Part shown: piece by piece, positions 29,923-38,794 of the stretch
Layout of the letters: each line of letters starts with the position of its first letter
Numbering within the stretch: position 1 is the stretch's first letter
The notes under the pieces: generated by a model
The model's database searches: none
What the model was told of the DNA's origin: nothing
The model's input: only the letters and a program-made list of their open reading frames with translations
Translations under genes and position numbers: made by a program
Assembly: GCA_048938025.1 (NCBI GenBank)
Contig: JBHLMP010000010.1
Span: forward strand, 1 to 64,000
Reading direction: 5' to 3'
DNA: 64,000 bases
Source: Promethearchaeota archaeon
GTDB lineage: Archaea; Asgardarchaeota; Lokiarchaeia; Sigyniarchaeales; SOKP01

Positions 29923-30327
29923 ATGAAAGAAAAGAAGAAAATTGTTCTAACATATGGGACTTATGACTTATTACATAGAGGACACATACTACTACTAAAA
30001 AGAGCAAAAGATTTAGGTGATTATCTTATAGTGGGTTTATCAACAGATGAATTTAATGAAATGAAAAATAAAAAAGCAGTTTTTCCTTACGAAGAGAGAA
30101 AATTAATTCTTGAATCCATAAAATATGTAGATCAGGTAATTCCTGAAAAAACTTGGGAACAAAAAGTAGACGACGTTAAAAAATATAAGGTTGATATATT
30201 CGTTATAGGAGATGATTGGGAAGGGAAATTCGACTTTCTTAAAGAATATTGTGAAGTTATTTATTTAGAAAGAACAAAAGAAATTTCAAGTACAAAGATC
30301 GAAAAAATTATTAGGGAAAATTGGTAA
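29923..30327 (+). CDS. tagD: Glycerol-3-phosphate cytidylyltransferase
   Basis: TYGTYDLLHRGH, GLSTDEFN..K.K, IPE..WEQK, GDDWEGKFDFL, RT..ISST. Confidence 0.92.
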   Translation: MKEKKKIVLTYGTYDLLHRGHILLLKRAKDLGDYLIVGLSTDEFNEMKNKKAVFPYEERKLILESIKYVDQVIPEKTWEQKVDDVKKYKVDIFVIGDDWEGKFDFLKEYCEVIYLERTKEISSTKIEKIIRENW

Positions 30328-30384
30328 AATCTTTACTTTCATACCTTTAGATTAAAAAAATTTACAATCTTAAATGTCTCTTCG

Positions 30385-31626
30385 TTATTTTTGATTAAAT
30401 TTTATATTTAGAAAATTTAGTATTCTTTCTATTGATTTTCCATCAATAAATTTATTAAATCTATTCCTCATTTCTAATCTTTTTTCTTTAAATTCATTAT
30501 CAATTTTGTCTAAATTTCTAATTCCATTTAATAAATCCTCAGCATTGTAAAAAATTGGACCAGGTGCAATATCTTCTAAATTATAATAAAAACCCCATGT
30601 TTTAGAGTAATTGTCAAGATCATAAGCATATAAAAGAATAGGTCTATCTAACAATAAAAAATCAAAAATTACTGAAGAATAATCTGTAATAAGAATGTCT
30701 GTAAATAATAGCAATTCTTGAATATCCGCATCTTTATCGACTAATTTAATATTATGAAAATCTTCTAAATTAATTTCTTTCACAAATTTGTGAGCTTTTA
30801 TAAGAAAAAGGGCATTTATTTCTTCAAGTAAATTTTTTAATTTCTTTAAATCTAAAGAAGTAAAAACAAAATTTAATTTTAAATCTGCTCTCCAAGTAGG
30901 ACAATATAGAATAATTTTTTCAATATTGCTGGGAATTTGATATTTTTTCATTAAATTTGCAATAAATATTTTATTCTGGTTAAATAAGATATCATTCTTT
31001 GGATAACCTAAATCAAGTATCTTTTTAGGCAATATTTTAAATGATTTAACCAATATTTCATGTTCTTTTTCATTTCCAGTAGCAGTTAATAAATAGTCAA
31101 TAAATTGATCAAATCTCAACTCTAATCGAAAAATATCCGCCCATTTGCTATAAATATATGAATTTTCTAAACCTTCATTTATTTTTTTAATAGGAGTTCC
31201 ATGCCAAGTTAAAAAAATAGTTGTTTTTGGAGAAAATTTTACTGGTAGAATATCTTCTGCTCCGTGTGCAATAAAAATATATTTAGCTTTTCGTAAAAAT
31301 TTAATTGTCATAAAATTAAAAAATGAAACTACATAAAATCCCTTTTTTCTAATCACTCTTGATACTTCTCTTAATTTTGCAATCCAAACTAATTTATAAT
31401 CCGAATTTTTATTCAAGTACTCAAACAAATATTTAGGATTGTCTAAAAAAGCAGCTCCATAATAAGCTCCCATAATAATTAATTTTTCATCAACTCTATC
31501 CTTCCATAATTTGGAAATGTTTTTTATTAAAAATGGATAAATGATCTGTTTAAAAAAATCGTATAGCTTATATTTCTTAATAAAAGATATTCTTTGAATT
31601 AAATTAAAAATAAAATTACTTATCAT
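30385..31626 (-). CDS. CDP-glycerol glycerophosphotransferase (TagF/TagB family)
   Basis: DNPKYL, TWHGTPIKKI, GYPKND, LYCPTWR, K.H, LITDYSSV.FDF. Confidence 0.9.
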   Translation of the reverse strand: MISNFIFNLIQRISFIKKYKLYDFFKQIIYPFLIKNISKLWKDRVDEKLIIMGAYYGAAFLDNPKYLFEYLNKNSDYKLVWIAKLREVSRVIRKKGFYVVSFFNFMTIKFLRKAKYIFIAHGAEDILPVKFSPKTTIFLTWHGTPIKKINEGLENSYIYSKWADIFRLELRFDQFIDYLLTATGNEKEHEILVKSFKILPKKILDLGYPKNDILFNQNKIFIANLMKKYQIPSNIEKIILYCPTWRADLKLNFVFTSLDLKKLKNLLEEINALFLIKAHKFVKEINLEDFHNIKLVDKDADIQELLLFTDILITDYSSVIFDFLLLDRPILLYAYDLDNYSKTWGFYYNLEDIAPGPIFYNAEDLLNGIRNLDKIDNEFKEKRLEMRNRFNKFIDGKSIERILNFLNIKFNQK

Positions 31627-31747
31627 AGATCAATTACTATTATCTTGAAATTAATTAGAAAAAATTATAACTAAAATAAAATTATTACTCTATTTTTCTT
31701 ATCTCTCTTTAATTTATTTAGAAATAAATAAAATGAAAAAAATATAA

Positions 31748-32476
31748 TTATAAATTTAGTTCTTTTTTCTGTATATCAATTAGTTGCATAATACCTTTCT
31801 GTCCTAACTCTAATACTTCATTTAATTTATCTTTGTTAAAAGTAGCTCTTTCTGCAGTACCTTGAATTTCTATAAATTCTAAATCTTCATTTAATACTAA
31901 GTTAAAATCAACATCTACCTTAGAATCTTCACTATAATTAAGATCTAGTATAACTTGATCATTTTTAATGCCTAATGAAATTGCTGCTGTAACTTTATAG
32001 TCCGGAAATTCATGAATTATCTGTTCATTATACAGGTAATTTAATGCATCAAAAACAGCTATAAAAGCCCCAGTTATTGATGCACATCTCGTACCTCCAT
32101 CTGCTTGTATAACATCACAGTCAATATTGATTGTACGTTCTCCTAATTTTTCATAATTAAAAGCAGCACGCATACTCCGACCAATTAACCTTTGTATTTC
32201 GTGTGTTCTTCCTTTTATCCTCTGTCTATCTCTTTCTCTTGAATTTCGTACTTGTGTTGCTCTTGGTAGCATATTATATTCTGCTGTTATCCATCCTGTT
32301 CCAGTATCAGCTAAAAATCGTGGAACATAATCCACAACTGAAGCTGTAATAATTATTTTCGTTGCACCTTGAGTAATCAAAACAGACCCTTCTGGGTACT
32401 TAAGATAATTCCGTTCTATTGTTGTTTTTCTTATCTCGTCAAATTTTCGTCCGTCAAACCTTACTTTTCCAAGCAT
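31748..32476 (-). CDS. rph: Ribonuclease PH (bacterial-type)
   Basis: R.DGR, GWITAEYNMLPRAT..R..RE, GRTHEIQRLIGRS.RA, DCDVIQADGGTRCASITG, DL.Y.EDS, IEIQGTAE. Confidence 0.92.
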   Translation of the reverse strand: MLGKVRFDGRKFDEIRKTTIERNYLKYPEGSVLITQGATKIIITASVVDYVPRFLADTGTGWITAEYNMLPRATQVRNSRERDRQRIKGRTHEIQRLIGRSMRAAFNYEKLGERTINIDCDVIQADGGTRCASITGAFIAVFDALNYLYNEQIIHEFPDYKVTAAISLGIKNDQVILDLNYSEDSKVDVDFNLVLNEDLEFIEIQGTAERATFNKDKLNEVLELGQKGIMQLIDIQKKELNL

Positions 32477-32632
32477 ATGAACCGAACCAGATTTTTCTCA
32501 AAAGAATTTTCTGTTAAATCTAAATAGTGTAAATTATTTTTTATACATTATTTAAAATAAGTATTATTAATATATTTTAGGAATGTGAAAATAACATAGT
32601 ATAAAGCATATAAAAATTTTTAAAATACGCTT

Positions 32633-33733
32633 TTAAGTCATAGGATATGATCCTAAAATTTTATGCCATATCACATTCATACTCATTTTTTCTAAAACCT
32701 TCTTTATCTTAGGATTATCCTTATCCCCCTCAAAATCCATAATAAAAATATATTCCCAACGCCCTCTTCTACGAGGACGGGACTCAATTTTAAGTAAATT
32801 AATTTCAGCATCAGCAAACAGTTTTAATACTCTGTATAAAGCTCCCGGAATATGTCTGGTAACAAATAATATTGAAGTCTTAATTTTACCTTCTTTTTCA
32901 ATATTCTCTTTCTTCGAAATTATGAGGAATCTGGTGGAATTTAATAGATTATTATCGATTTTTGAGTGTAAGATTTTCAAACCATATACCTCACTTGCAA
33001 ATTTAGTACCAATCGCAGCATAAGACTCACTATTTAATTCTTTAACTCTACGAACAGCCTCTGCTGTAGAGTTAACATCTATTAAATCTGCTGTCGGCAT
33101 ATTAGCTTTAATCCAATTTTTTGTTTGAGCAAAAGCTTGAGGATGAGATAAAATAGTTCTTATCCTTGATAAATTAGATATATCTAATGAAATTAAATTT
33201 TGAGTAATCTGAAGCTCAATTTCTCCATATATAACAAGATCTTTTTCGATTAATAAATCAAGCGTTTCTCTAACTGTACCTTGAAGGCTATTTTCAATAG
33301 GAATAACCCCAAATTCTATATTTTCTTTTTCAATATTTACAAAAATCTCTAAAATAGTATTATAGGGAAGAAATTCGGTACCTGCTTTGGGAAAAAATTC
33401 AAGAGCTGCTTGGTGTGTAAAGGTTCCGTTAGGGCCTAGATATCCAACTTTTGGAATAATGCCTTGAATTGATTTACTAGCACTAAAAATTTCCTTCCAT
33501 ATTGCCTCAATACTTTCTGGTTTTAATAGTTTTGATTGAGATTTTATCCTTTCAATTATCTCTCTTTCTCTTTGGGGTTGATAAACATCAAGATTTAATA
33601 ATTTCTTGATCTTCCCTATCTTTGAAACAGTAATACCTCTTTTATTTAACAGTTCAATTATTTCGTTATCAATCTCATCAATTATTTTCCTATATTCCCC
33701 TAATTTTTGGGTATTTTTTACATTAGGTTCCAT
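32633..33733 (-). CDS. pheA: Chorismate mutase / prephenate dehydratase
   Basis: N-terminal AroQ domain (R..IDEID..I..LL..R); YLGP.GTF, PIENS..G, SHPQA, TRF, IESRP ACT domain. Confidence 0.94.
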   Translation of the reverse strand: MEPNVKNTQKLGEYRKIIDEIDNEIIELLNKRGITVSKIGKIKKLLNLDVYQPQREREIIERIKSQSKLLKPESIEAIWKEIFSASKSIQGIIPKVGYLGPNGTFTHQAALEFFPKAGTEFLPYNTILEIFVNIEKENIEFGVIPIENSLQGTVRETLDLLIEKDLVIYGEIELQITQNLISLDISNLSRIRTILSHPQAFAQTKNWIKANMPTADLIDVNSTAEAVRRVKELNSESYAAIGTKFASEVYGLKILHSKIDNNLLNSTRFLIISKKENIEKEGKIKTSILFVTRHIPGALYRVLKLFADAEINLLKIESRPRRRGRWEYIFIMDFEGDKDNPKIKKVLEKMSMNVIWHKILGSYPMT

Positions 33734-33759
33734 AATAATTAATATAATTATTTAAGAAT

Positions 33760-35436
33760 TTATAAAAAATTCTGTAGATTTAATTCGAAAGCAGCAACAG
33801 GAAACTCCAATTTAAAGTTGAGTAAAACTTCAGGATGAATTTCGCCTATCTCACCTACTTTACTACCTTTTAAATAAATCTCTCCATAACGTCCGTCTAT
33901 ATAGCTAAGATTCTTACTCGGTTTTATTTCAAAATCGTCTTCATATCCAAGTGAGATCATTATAAAGTCTAAAGTAGATCTAATCTCTGTGAAATCAGCA
34001 TCTTCATGATAGGAAGCAGCAGAAAGATGAACCTCCCTTATAGCACCCGTTTCCTCATCCAAGGCTAATAATATTACATCACCTACTTCAAAAATCCTTA
34101 TTGGTTTTTCTTCAGATCTGTTTAAAAGTAATGTATCCAATAGTTGAGGTAATAATTTTGTCCTAGTGGTATTGTATTCTTTTGAAACCGGGTTAGCAAT
34201 TTCAACTATCTTAGTTTTATCATAATTTTGTTTCATAAGATCAAATTGTTTTTCAGAACTTGTAAGGATAAAATTAAGTATTTCTAAATATCCTGCGCCT
34301 ATCATAATTCTTCTTATTTTACTTGAAAAGTCTTGGATTGGATGATATGCTCCAACACCACCTTCCCTAATAGTAAGTGGTAAATTATAATATCCATAAC
34401 CGATTGCGCATTCTTCAGTAAAATCTATTGGATGCATAATATCACCTCGGTATGCAGGAACCCAGATATCCAAGTAGCCATTCTTTTTAGATTTCTTAGC
34501 ATCCATTCTAATCTTTTGAAAGCATTTTATCATTTCTGTCAATGATAATTTTAAGCCAATAACATCATTTAGGTAAACGGCTTTTACTTCCCATTTTTTA
34601 GGGTTTAGATTAGGAGTAATAATTTCTTTTCCTCCTTGATAATTTACCGTTACGCTTTCTATTTTTGCTCCCATATCTGATAATGTTGTTGATAAAATAT
34701 TCAATGCTAAATTCACTGCTTTAAAGTCAGTACCAGTTAAATCCAAAAACAAATTTTGTGTATCATCTGTAACAGTTGTAAGTACACCATTTATAATAGG
34801 GGGAAATGAAAGCACTTCATCGTTACTATCAAAAATTATGGGATAAACGTCTTTCCCCTCTAAAATATGGGCATATTCAATACCTTTATCATGCAGTAGT
34901 AAAATCTCTTCCAAATTCATGGGATATCCATCTCCATGTAAAGGTATAAAACTAACTGAATCAGGTTTTACTGCGGTATACCTATAAGGAGGCACTATTT
35001 TATCTAAATCATGAACTCCAATAGCAACCTTTCTTCTATCTCTTCCTACAGCCCAATGTAAATGCTCTTGAATATTCATTAAAGTAGCAACCTCATCCTC
35101 ATCTAAATCTATATCTCGAATAACTCCACAGACTATATATGGTCTAACTTCTTTTACACTAGGATCTACATGGAGTGTAATTTCTCCTGGCACAACTTCA
35201 TATGAAGGAATTCCTAATTCAAGTTCATAATATCCTTTAAGTGCTCTGGCAATTCCCTCCGGACTTGAAAAATCAGGTCTATTTGGATTGTATTCTACCT
35301 TAACTTTTTGTTCTTCTACATTAGTATCTTCTAAATCTAATCCTATCCATTGTAAATCGTATTCTAATTCTTTTAAGTCTAATTTCTTTCCAACTAACCT
35401 TTCTAATCTTTCAATTTTTAATTCAATTGTAGGCAT
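33760..35436 (-). CDS. pheT: Phenylalanyl-tRNA synthetase beta subunit (archaeal type)
   Basis: MPTI, PNRPD, QE.LH...GRDRRKVAIG.HD, SFPPIING, P.YR.DI.H..D..E; GAGGTG RBS upstream. Confidence 0.95.
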   Translation of the reverse strand: MPTIELKIERLERLVGKKLDLKELEYDLQWIGLDLEDTNVEEQKVKVEYNPNRPDFSSPEGIARALKGYYELELGIPSYEVVPGEITLHVDPSVKEVRPYIVCGVIRDIDLDEDEVATLMNIQEHLHWAVGRDRRKVAIGVHDLDKIVPPYRYTAVKPDSVSFIPLHGDGYPMNLEEILLLHDKGIEYAHILEGKDVYPIIFDSNDEVLSFPPIINGVLTTVTDDTQNLFLDLTGTDFKAVNLALNILSTTLSDMGAKIESVTVNYQGGKEIITPNLNPKKWEVKAVYLNDVIGLKLSLTEMIKCFQKIRMDAKKSKKNGYLDIWVPAYRGDIMHPIDFTEECAIGYGYYNLPLTIREGGVGAYHPIQDFSSKIRRIMIGAGYLEILNFILTSSEKQFDLMKQNYDKTKIVEIANPVSKEYNTTRTKLLPQLLDTLLLNRSEEKPIRIFEVGDVILLALDEETGAIREVHLSAASYHEDADFTEIRSTLDFIMISLGYEDDFEIKPSKNLSYIDGRYGEIYLKGSKVGEIGEIHPEVLLNFKLEFPVAAFELNLQNFL

Positions 35437-35445
35437 TTTATCACC

Positions 35446-36987
35446 TCATTTAAGATATGATTGCTCTCTCAACCATTTAATTGGATTAATATAAAAATCT
35501 CTAATATCTGTTCGGTCATAATATAGCATTGCAATTCTTTCAAGACCTTGACCCCAGGCTAATACACGTGTAGGTTCTTTAATCCCCCATGGATAGGTAA
35601 CTTCTGGTCGAAAAATTCCTGACCCTCCCATTTCTAACCATTCATCTAATTTATCATAATACACTGAAACTTCCATACTAGGTTCCGTATAAGGAAAGAA
35701 TCCCGGTCTAGTAACTATCTTCTTAAAACCCATTTTTCTATAGAATTCTGATAATAATCCAATTAAATCACATAGAGTAACATTATCATCAATTACAATT
35801 CCTTCTACTTGAGTAAATTCTGCTAAATGAGATTTATCAAGTTTTTCATTTCGAAATACTCTATCCACACAGAATACTTTTACTGGAACCTTTTCGTTGT
35901 TTCTATAAAATTGGGCTAATCTTCTCATAGTTGTGGCAGTAGTATGGGGCCTTAATACCGTTTTCTTTGCGATATTTTCATCCCATTTGTACCCCCATCC
36001 AATAGATCCACTATCACCACCATTTTCATGAGTTTTTTTCACAGCTATAACTCTATCCTTTTCTGGCAACTTAGCTACTTTTGGATTATTTAAATAAAAT
36101 GTATCTTGTAATTCTCTCGCAGGGTGATCTTGTGGTTGAAATAAAGCATCGAAATTGTAAAAAGCACTTTCTATAATTGGACCTCTTATCTCTATAAAAC
36201 CCATTGATAAGAATATTTCTCGTATTTCATTAATTAAATTTACTAATGGATGTATTTTTCCTGCTTTTAATAATGGACCTGATTTAGTAACATCAAAAGG
36301 TTTCAAATTATATTTTTTCCAAGTTCCAGAACTTAGCATCTCTGAAGTGATTTTGCTAATTTGTTTTAATTCTTTTATTTTAGATATTGCTACATCTTTA
36401 CCTTTTTTAGTTAAATAAATAATTCTTTGAGTTTTACGGGTCTTATTCATCAATTTCCTTTTGTTTAAAATATTAGATTGTGTTAATTCCTCTTTCGATA
36501 AGGTGGAATAATCGATTATCTCATTACTCTTGAATTTCTTTAAAAATTTTTCTAAGTCTGTTTCAGGAAATTCTTCAGCTATAAGAAAAATTTTATTTTC
36601 CCCAGTAGCTTTACTTTGAACGACCCATTTATTTTTTTTTAAGTTTGAGATGCCAACATAAAAAAGATTTTCATCTAATTTGGCTTGTCCTCTCAAATCA
36701 TCTAAGTTAATTTCTTTAATCTTATTTTTTAATAATATTTGAAGTAATTGACGTTCTGGTAATCCTTTTTCTAAATAAGTTAAACCTTCTTGACTTAAAG
36801 AAACTTGATATATTTCTTCTTCTCTAAATCCTCCCAAGTTATTATCAATTAAATCATTTACAGCAGACATGAGTACAATATAATCAACATTAAGTTCATC
36901 TGCTAATCTTGATGCCTCTATTTCAATCTCTTTTTCTTGAAGAATTTTCAAAATATCAATAACTTGTTTTTTCAACTCAATAGTCAT
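35446..36987 (-). CDS. pheS: Phenylalanyl-tRNA synthetase alpha subunit (archaeal/eukaryotic type)
   Basis: NFDALFQPQDHPARELQDTF, HTT, RVFRNE..D.SHL.EF.QVEG, FPYTEPS, GSGIFRPE. Confidence 0.96.
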   Translation of the reverse strand: MTIELKKQVIDILKILQEKEIEIEASRLADELNVDYIVLMSAVNDLIDNNLGGFREEEIYQVSLSQEGLTYLEKGLPERQLLQILLKNKIKEINLDDLRGQAKLDENLFYVGISNLKKNKWVVQSKATGENKIFLIAEEFPETDLEKFLKKFKSNEIIDYSTLSKEELTQSNILNKRKLMNKTRKTQRIIYLTKKGKDVAISKIKELKQISKITSEMLSSGTWKKYNLKPFDVTKSGPLLKAGKIHPLVNLINEIREIFLSMGFIEIRGPIIESAFYNFDALFQPQDHPARELQDTFYLNNPKVAKLPEKDRVIAVKKTHENGGDSGSIGWGYKWDENIAKKTVLRPHTTATTMRRLAQFYRNNEKVPVKVFCVDRVFRNEKLDKSHLAEFTQVEGIVIDDNVTLCDLIGLLSEFYRKMGFKKIVTRPGFFPYTEPSMEVSVYYDKLDEWLEMGGSGIFRPEVTYPWGIKEPTRVLAWGQGLERIAMLYYDRTDIRDFYINPIKWLREQSYLK

Positions 36988-37164
36988 GGTTCTAAATTAA
37001 ATGAATTATATTTTCCGTTATATATATTTTAAATATTTAATTTATTTAAATCTTTCGTGGAAAAACTCGCTGTAAATCGCTCTATCATGAATTAGAGTAA
37101 TAATATACAATAAAAAGAAGTACATAACACTATTTTTTAATAAGAATCTAAAATTAATTCCGCA

Positions 37165-37206
37165 GCCAAGGAAATAACATCAAATCTATTTAATTATTAC
37201 CTTGGC
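37165..37206. repeat. Inverted repeat / hairpin (13-bp arms, 1 mismatch, 16-nt loop)
   Basis: gccaaggaaataa ... ttattaccttggc in the long intergenic gap upstream of pheS. Confidence 0.6.
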
Positions 37207-37471
37207 AGAATAAAAAGGTCAAAGGAAAATGAATCTTGATTGAGTTTTTGCTTTATACTAATATTGAGAATATAAGAACTCATATTTTACTCTACTCAAA
37301 TATTCATTTATTTGTAGTTGAACATATTAATTCTAACTAAAAAATTTTTTTACTCTTTATATTTATGAATTTTCTTTACTTGAATTTGAAAATTATATCT
37401 AAATATACAAATACTAAGAATACACTGAAATAAAACCTACTATGAAATATATTTAAATATTTAACTAGTAT

Positions 37472-37771
37472 TTGAGTTTTGATAAGAATTTTGGTCCTGA
37501 TTGGACAGGGTTTTCATTAGATGGACAGACTAATAAGACAATATATGGAAATACGACTATTCCACTTCCAGATGATGGATTACATACCATTCAACTGTTT
37601 GCTAATAATTCAAAGGGATTAATATATCAATCTGATGTAAGATATTTTATAGTAGATATAAAGCCCTCTGAACCTTCTGAACCAATAATTCATAGCTATA
37701 ATTTATGGATTCTAGTTGGAATCATAAGTATCACTTCAATAATAATAATTTCTAACAGAACTAAGAAATAA
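37472..37771 (+). pseudogene. C-terminal remnant of a surface protein (Ig-like fragment plus Loki-CTERM-like anchor)
   Basis: SLDGQTNKTI.GNTT....DG.HTIQ.FAN beta-rich segment, Pro-rich linker, then SYNL + TM + basic tail; no signal peptide, in-frame stops just upstream. Confidence 0.6.
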
Positions 37772-37786
37772 AATTTGCTTTTTTTT

Positions 37787-38233
37787 TTATCTTTTAAGAA
37801 TTTTTTCGCGAATTGATGTAGAACTAATTTTTTTGTTGTTTTTATCCTTTATAATAGGAATAACAATGATAATTAATGGTTTAAATCCCTTATTCTCTCT
37901 AATTTCATTGATTTTTACTCCTACATTATAGGTTTCTTGGCTGACTATTAGTCCATCGTATTCAGGCTCATTAATAGGGGGGCCATATATATCATTTAAT
38001 TCGATAATTTGAACTCTATTAATATCTGCTATTGTTCTAATGAATTCTTTCAAATTGTTTTTTCTTGTTTCATAAGTTTCAAGTGCAGAAACAGCCCTTT
38101 TATTTTTTAGTAATTTTTCAGTAGTCAACCCGATCACTATATTATCTGCAATTGATAAAGCTGTTTTTATTAAAGATTTATGTCCCTCATGAAGATGATC
38201 AAAGGTTCCTCCCATACCGACTTTATTTAAAAT
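37787..38233 (-). CDS. coaD: Phosphopantetheine adenylyltransferase (archaeal/eukaryotic type)
   Basis: GGTFDHLHEGHK, IGLT, D.YGP, IVS.ET, IN..R...G..PL, KISST.IR; start extended to an ATT at 38233 (first ATG is 38215). Confidence 0.88.
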   Translation of the reverse strand: MLNKVGMGGTFDHLHEGHKSLIKTALSIADNIVIGLTTEKLLKNKRAVSALETYETRKNNLKEFIRTIADINRVQIIELNDIYGPPINEPEYDGLIVSQETYNVGVKINEIRENKGFKPLIIIVIPIIKDKNNKKISSTSIREKILKR

Positions 38234-38261
38234 CTGAAAAACACCTTACTAAATTTTAAGG

Positions 38262-38675
38262 TTATTTTTTAATAGTTGCTTCTTTACTCGGTTCAGTAGG
38301 CTTTTTTAATCTTACGGAATAAATTTGCTTTATTTCCATTAAATTATCGCATTTATCGCATTTATCTTTCTTTTTAAATACAAAATCTCCTTTAACATAA
38401 TTTCTAACTTTAGTAAGTCCACATAAGTTACAAATTAAAATAGTTAATGTTTGTCTTAATGGTTCTGCGGGGCCTTTCTGCATTTGTATTAATGTAGATC
38501 CTAAACATATTAACATAAAACCAATTGACCATCTTGAAAATTGATCCAACCCAAAGTCAAGATAGATAAATAATGCACCTGCTACAATTAATAAAACTAA
38601 TAGAATATTTTTAAGAACGCTTTTAAGGGTAACTCCTTTTTTTAATATTTCCTCATCGTCTTCTTCTTCAATCAT
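38262..38675 (-). CDS. Small 2-TM membrane protein with C-terminal zinc ribbon
   Basis: Two hydrophobic helices, then CNLC...R....GDFVFK....CDKC. Confidence 0.75.
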   Translation of the reverse strand: MIEEEDDEEILKKGVTLKSVLKNILLVLLIVAGALFIYLDFGLDQFSRWSIGFMLICLGSTLIQMQKGPAEPLRQTLTILICNLCGLTKVRNYVKGDFVFKKKDKCDKCDNLMEIKQIYSVRLKKPTEPSKEATIKK

Positions 38676-38794
38676 AGAAAAAAAGTAACATCTAATTTTC
38701 TATTGTTTATAATAGAAAAGAATAAATAAATTTTATTATTATAAAAACATAATAGATTAAAGAATTCTATATTAAATTAAAATTTAGGGAAATA

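Noticed and set aside
31748-32476. Exosome subunit Rrp41 annotation
   Set aside because: Motifs match bacterial RNase PH and no exosome gene neighbours are present.
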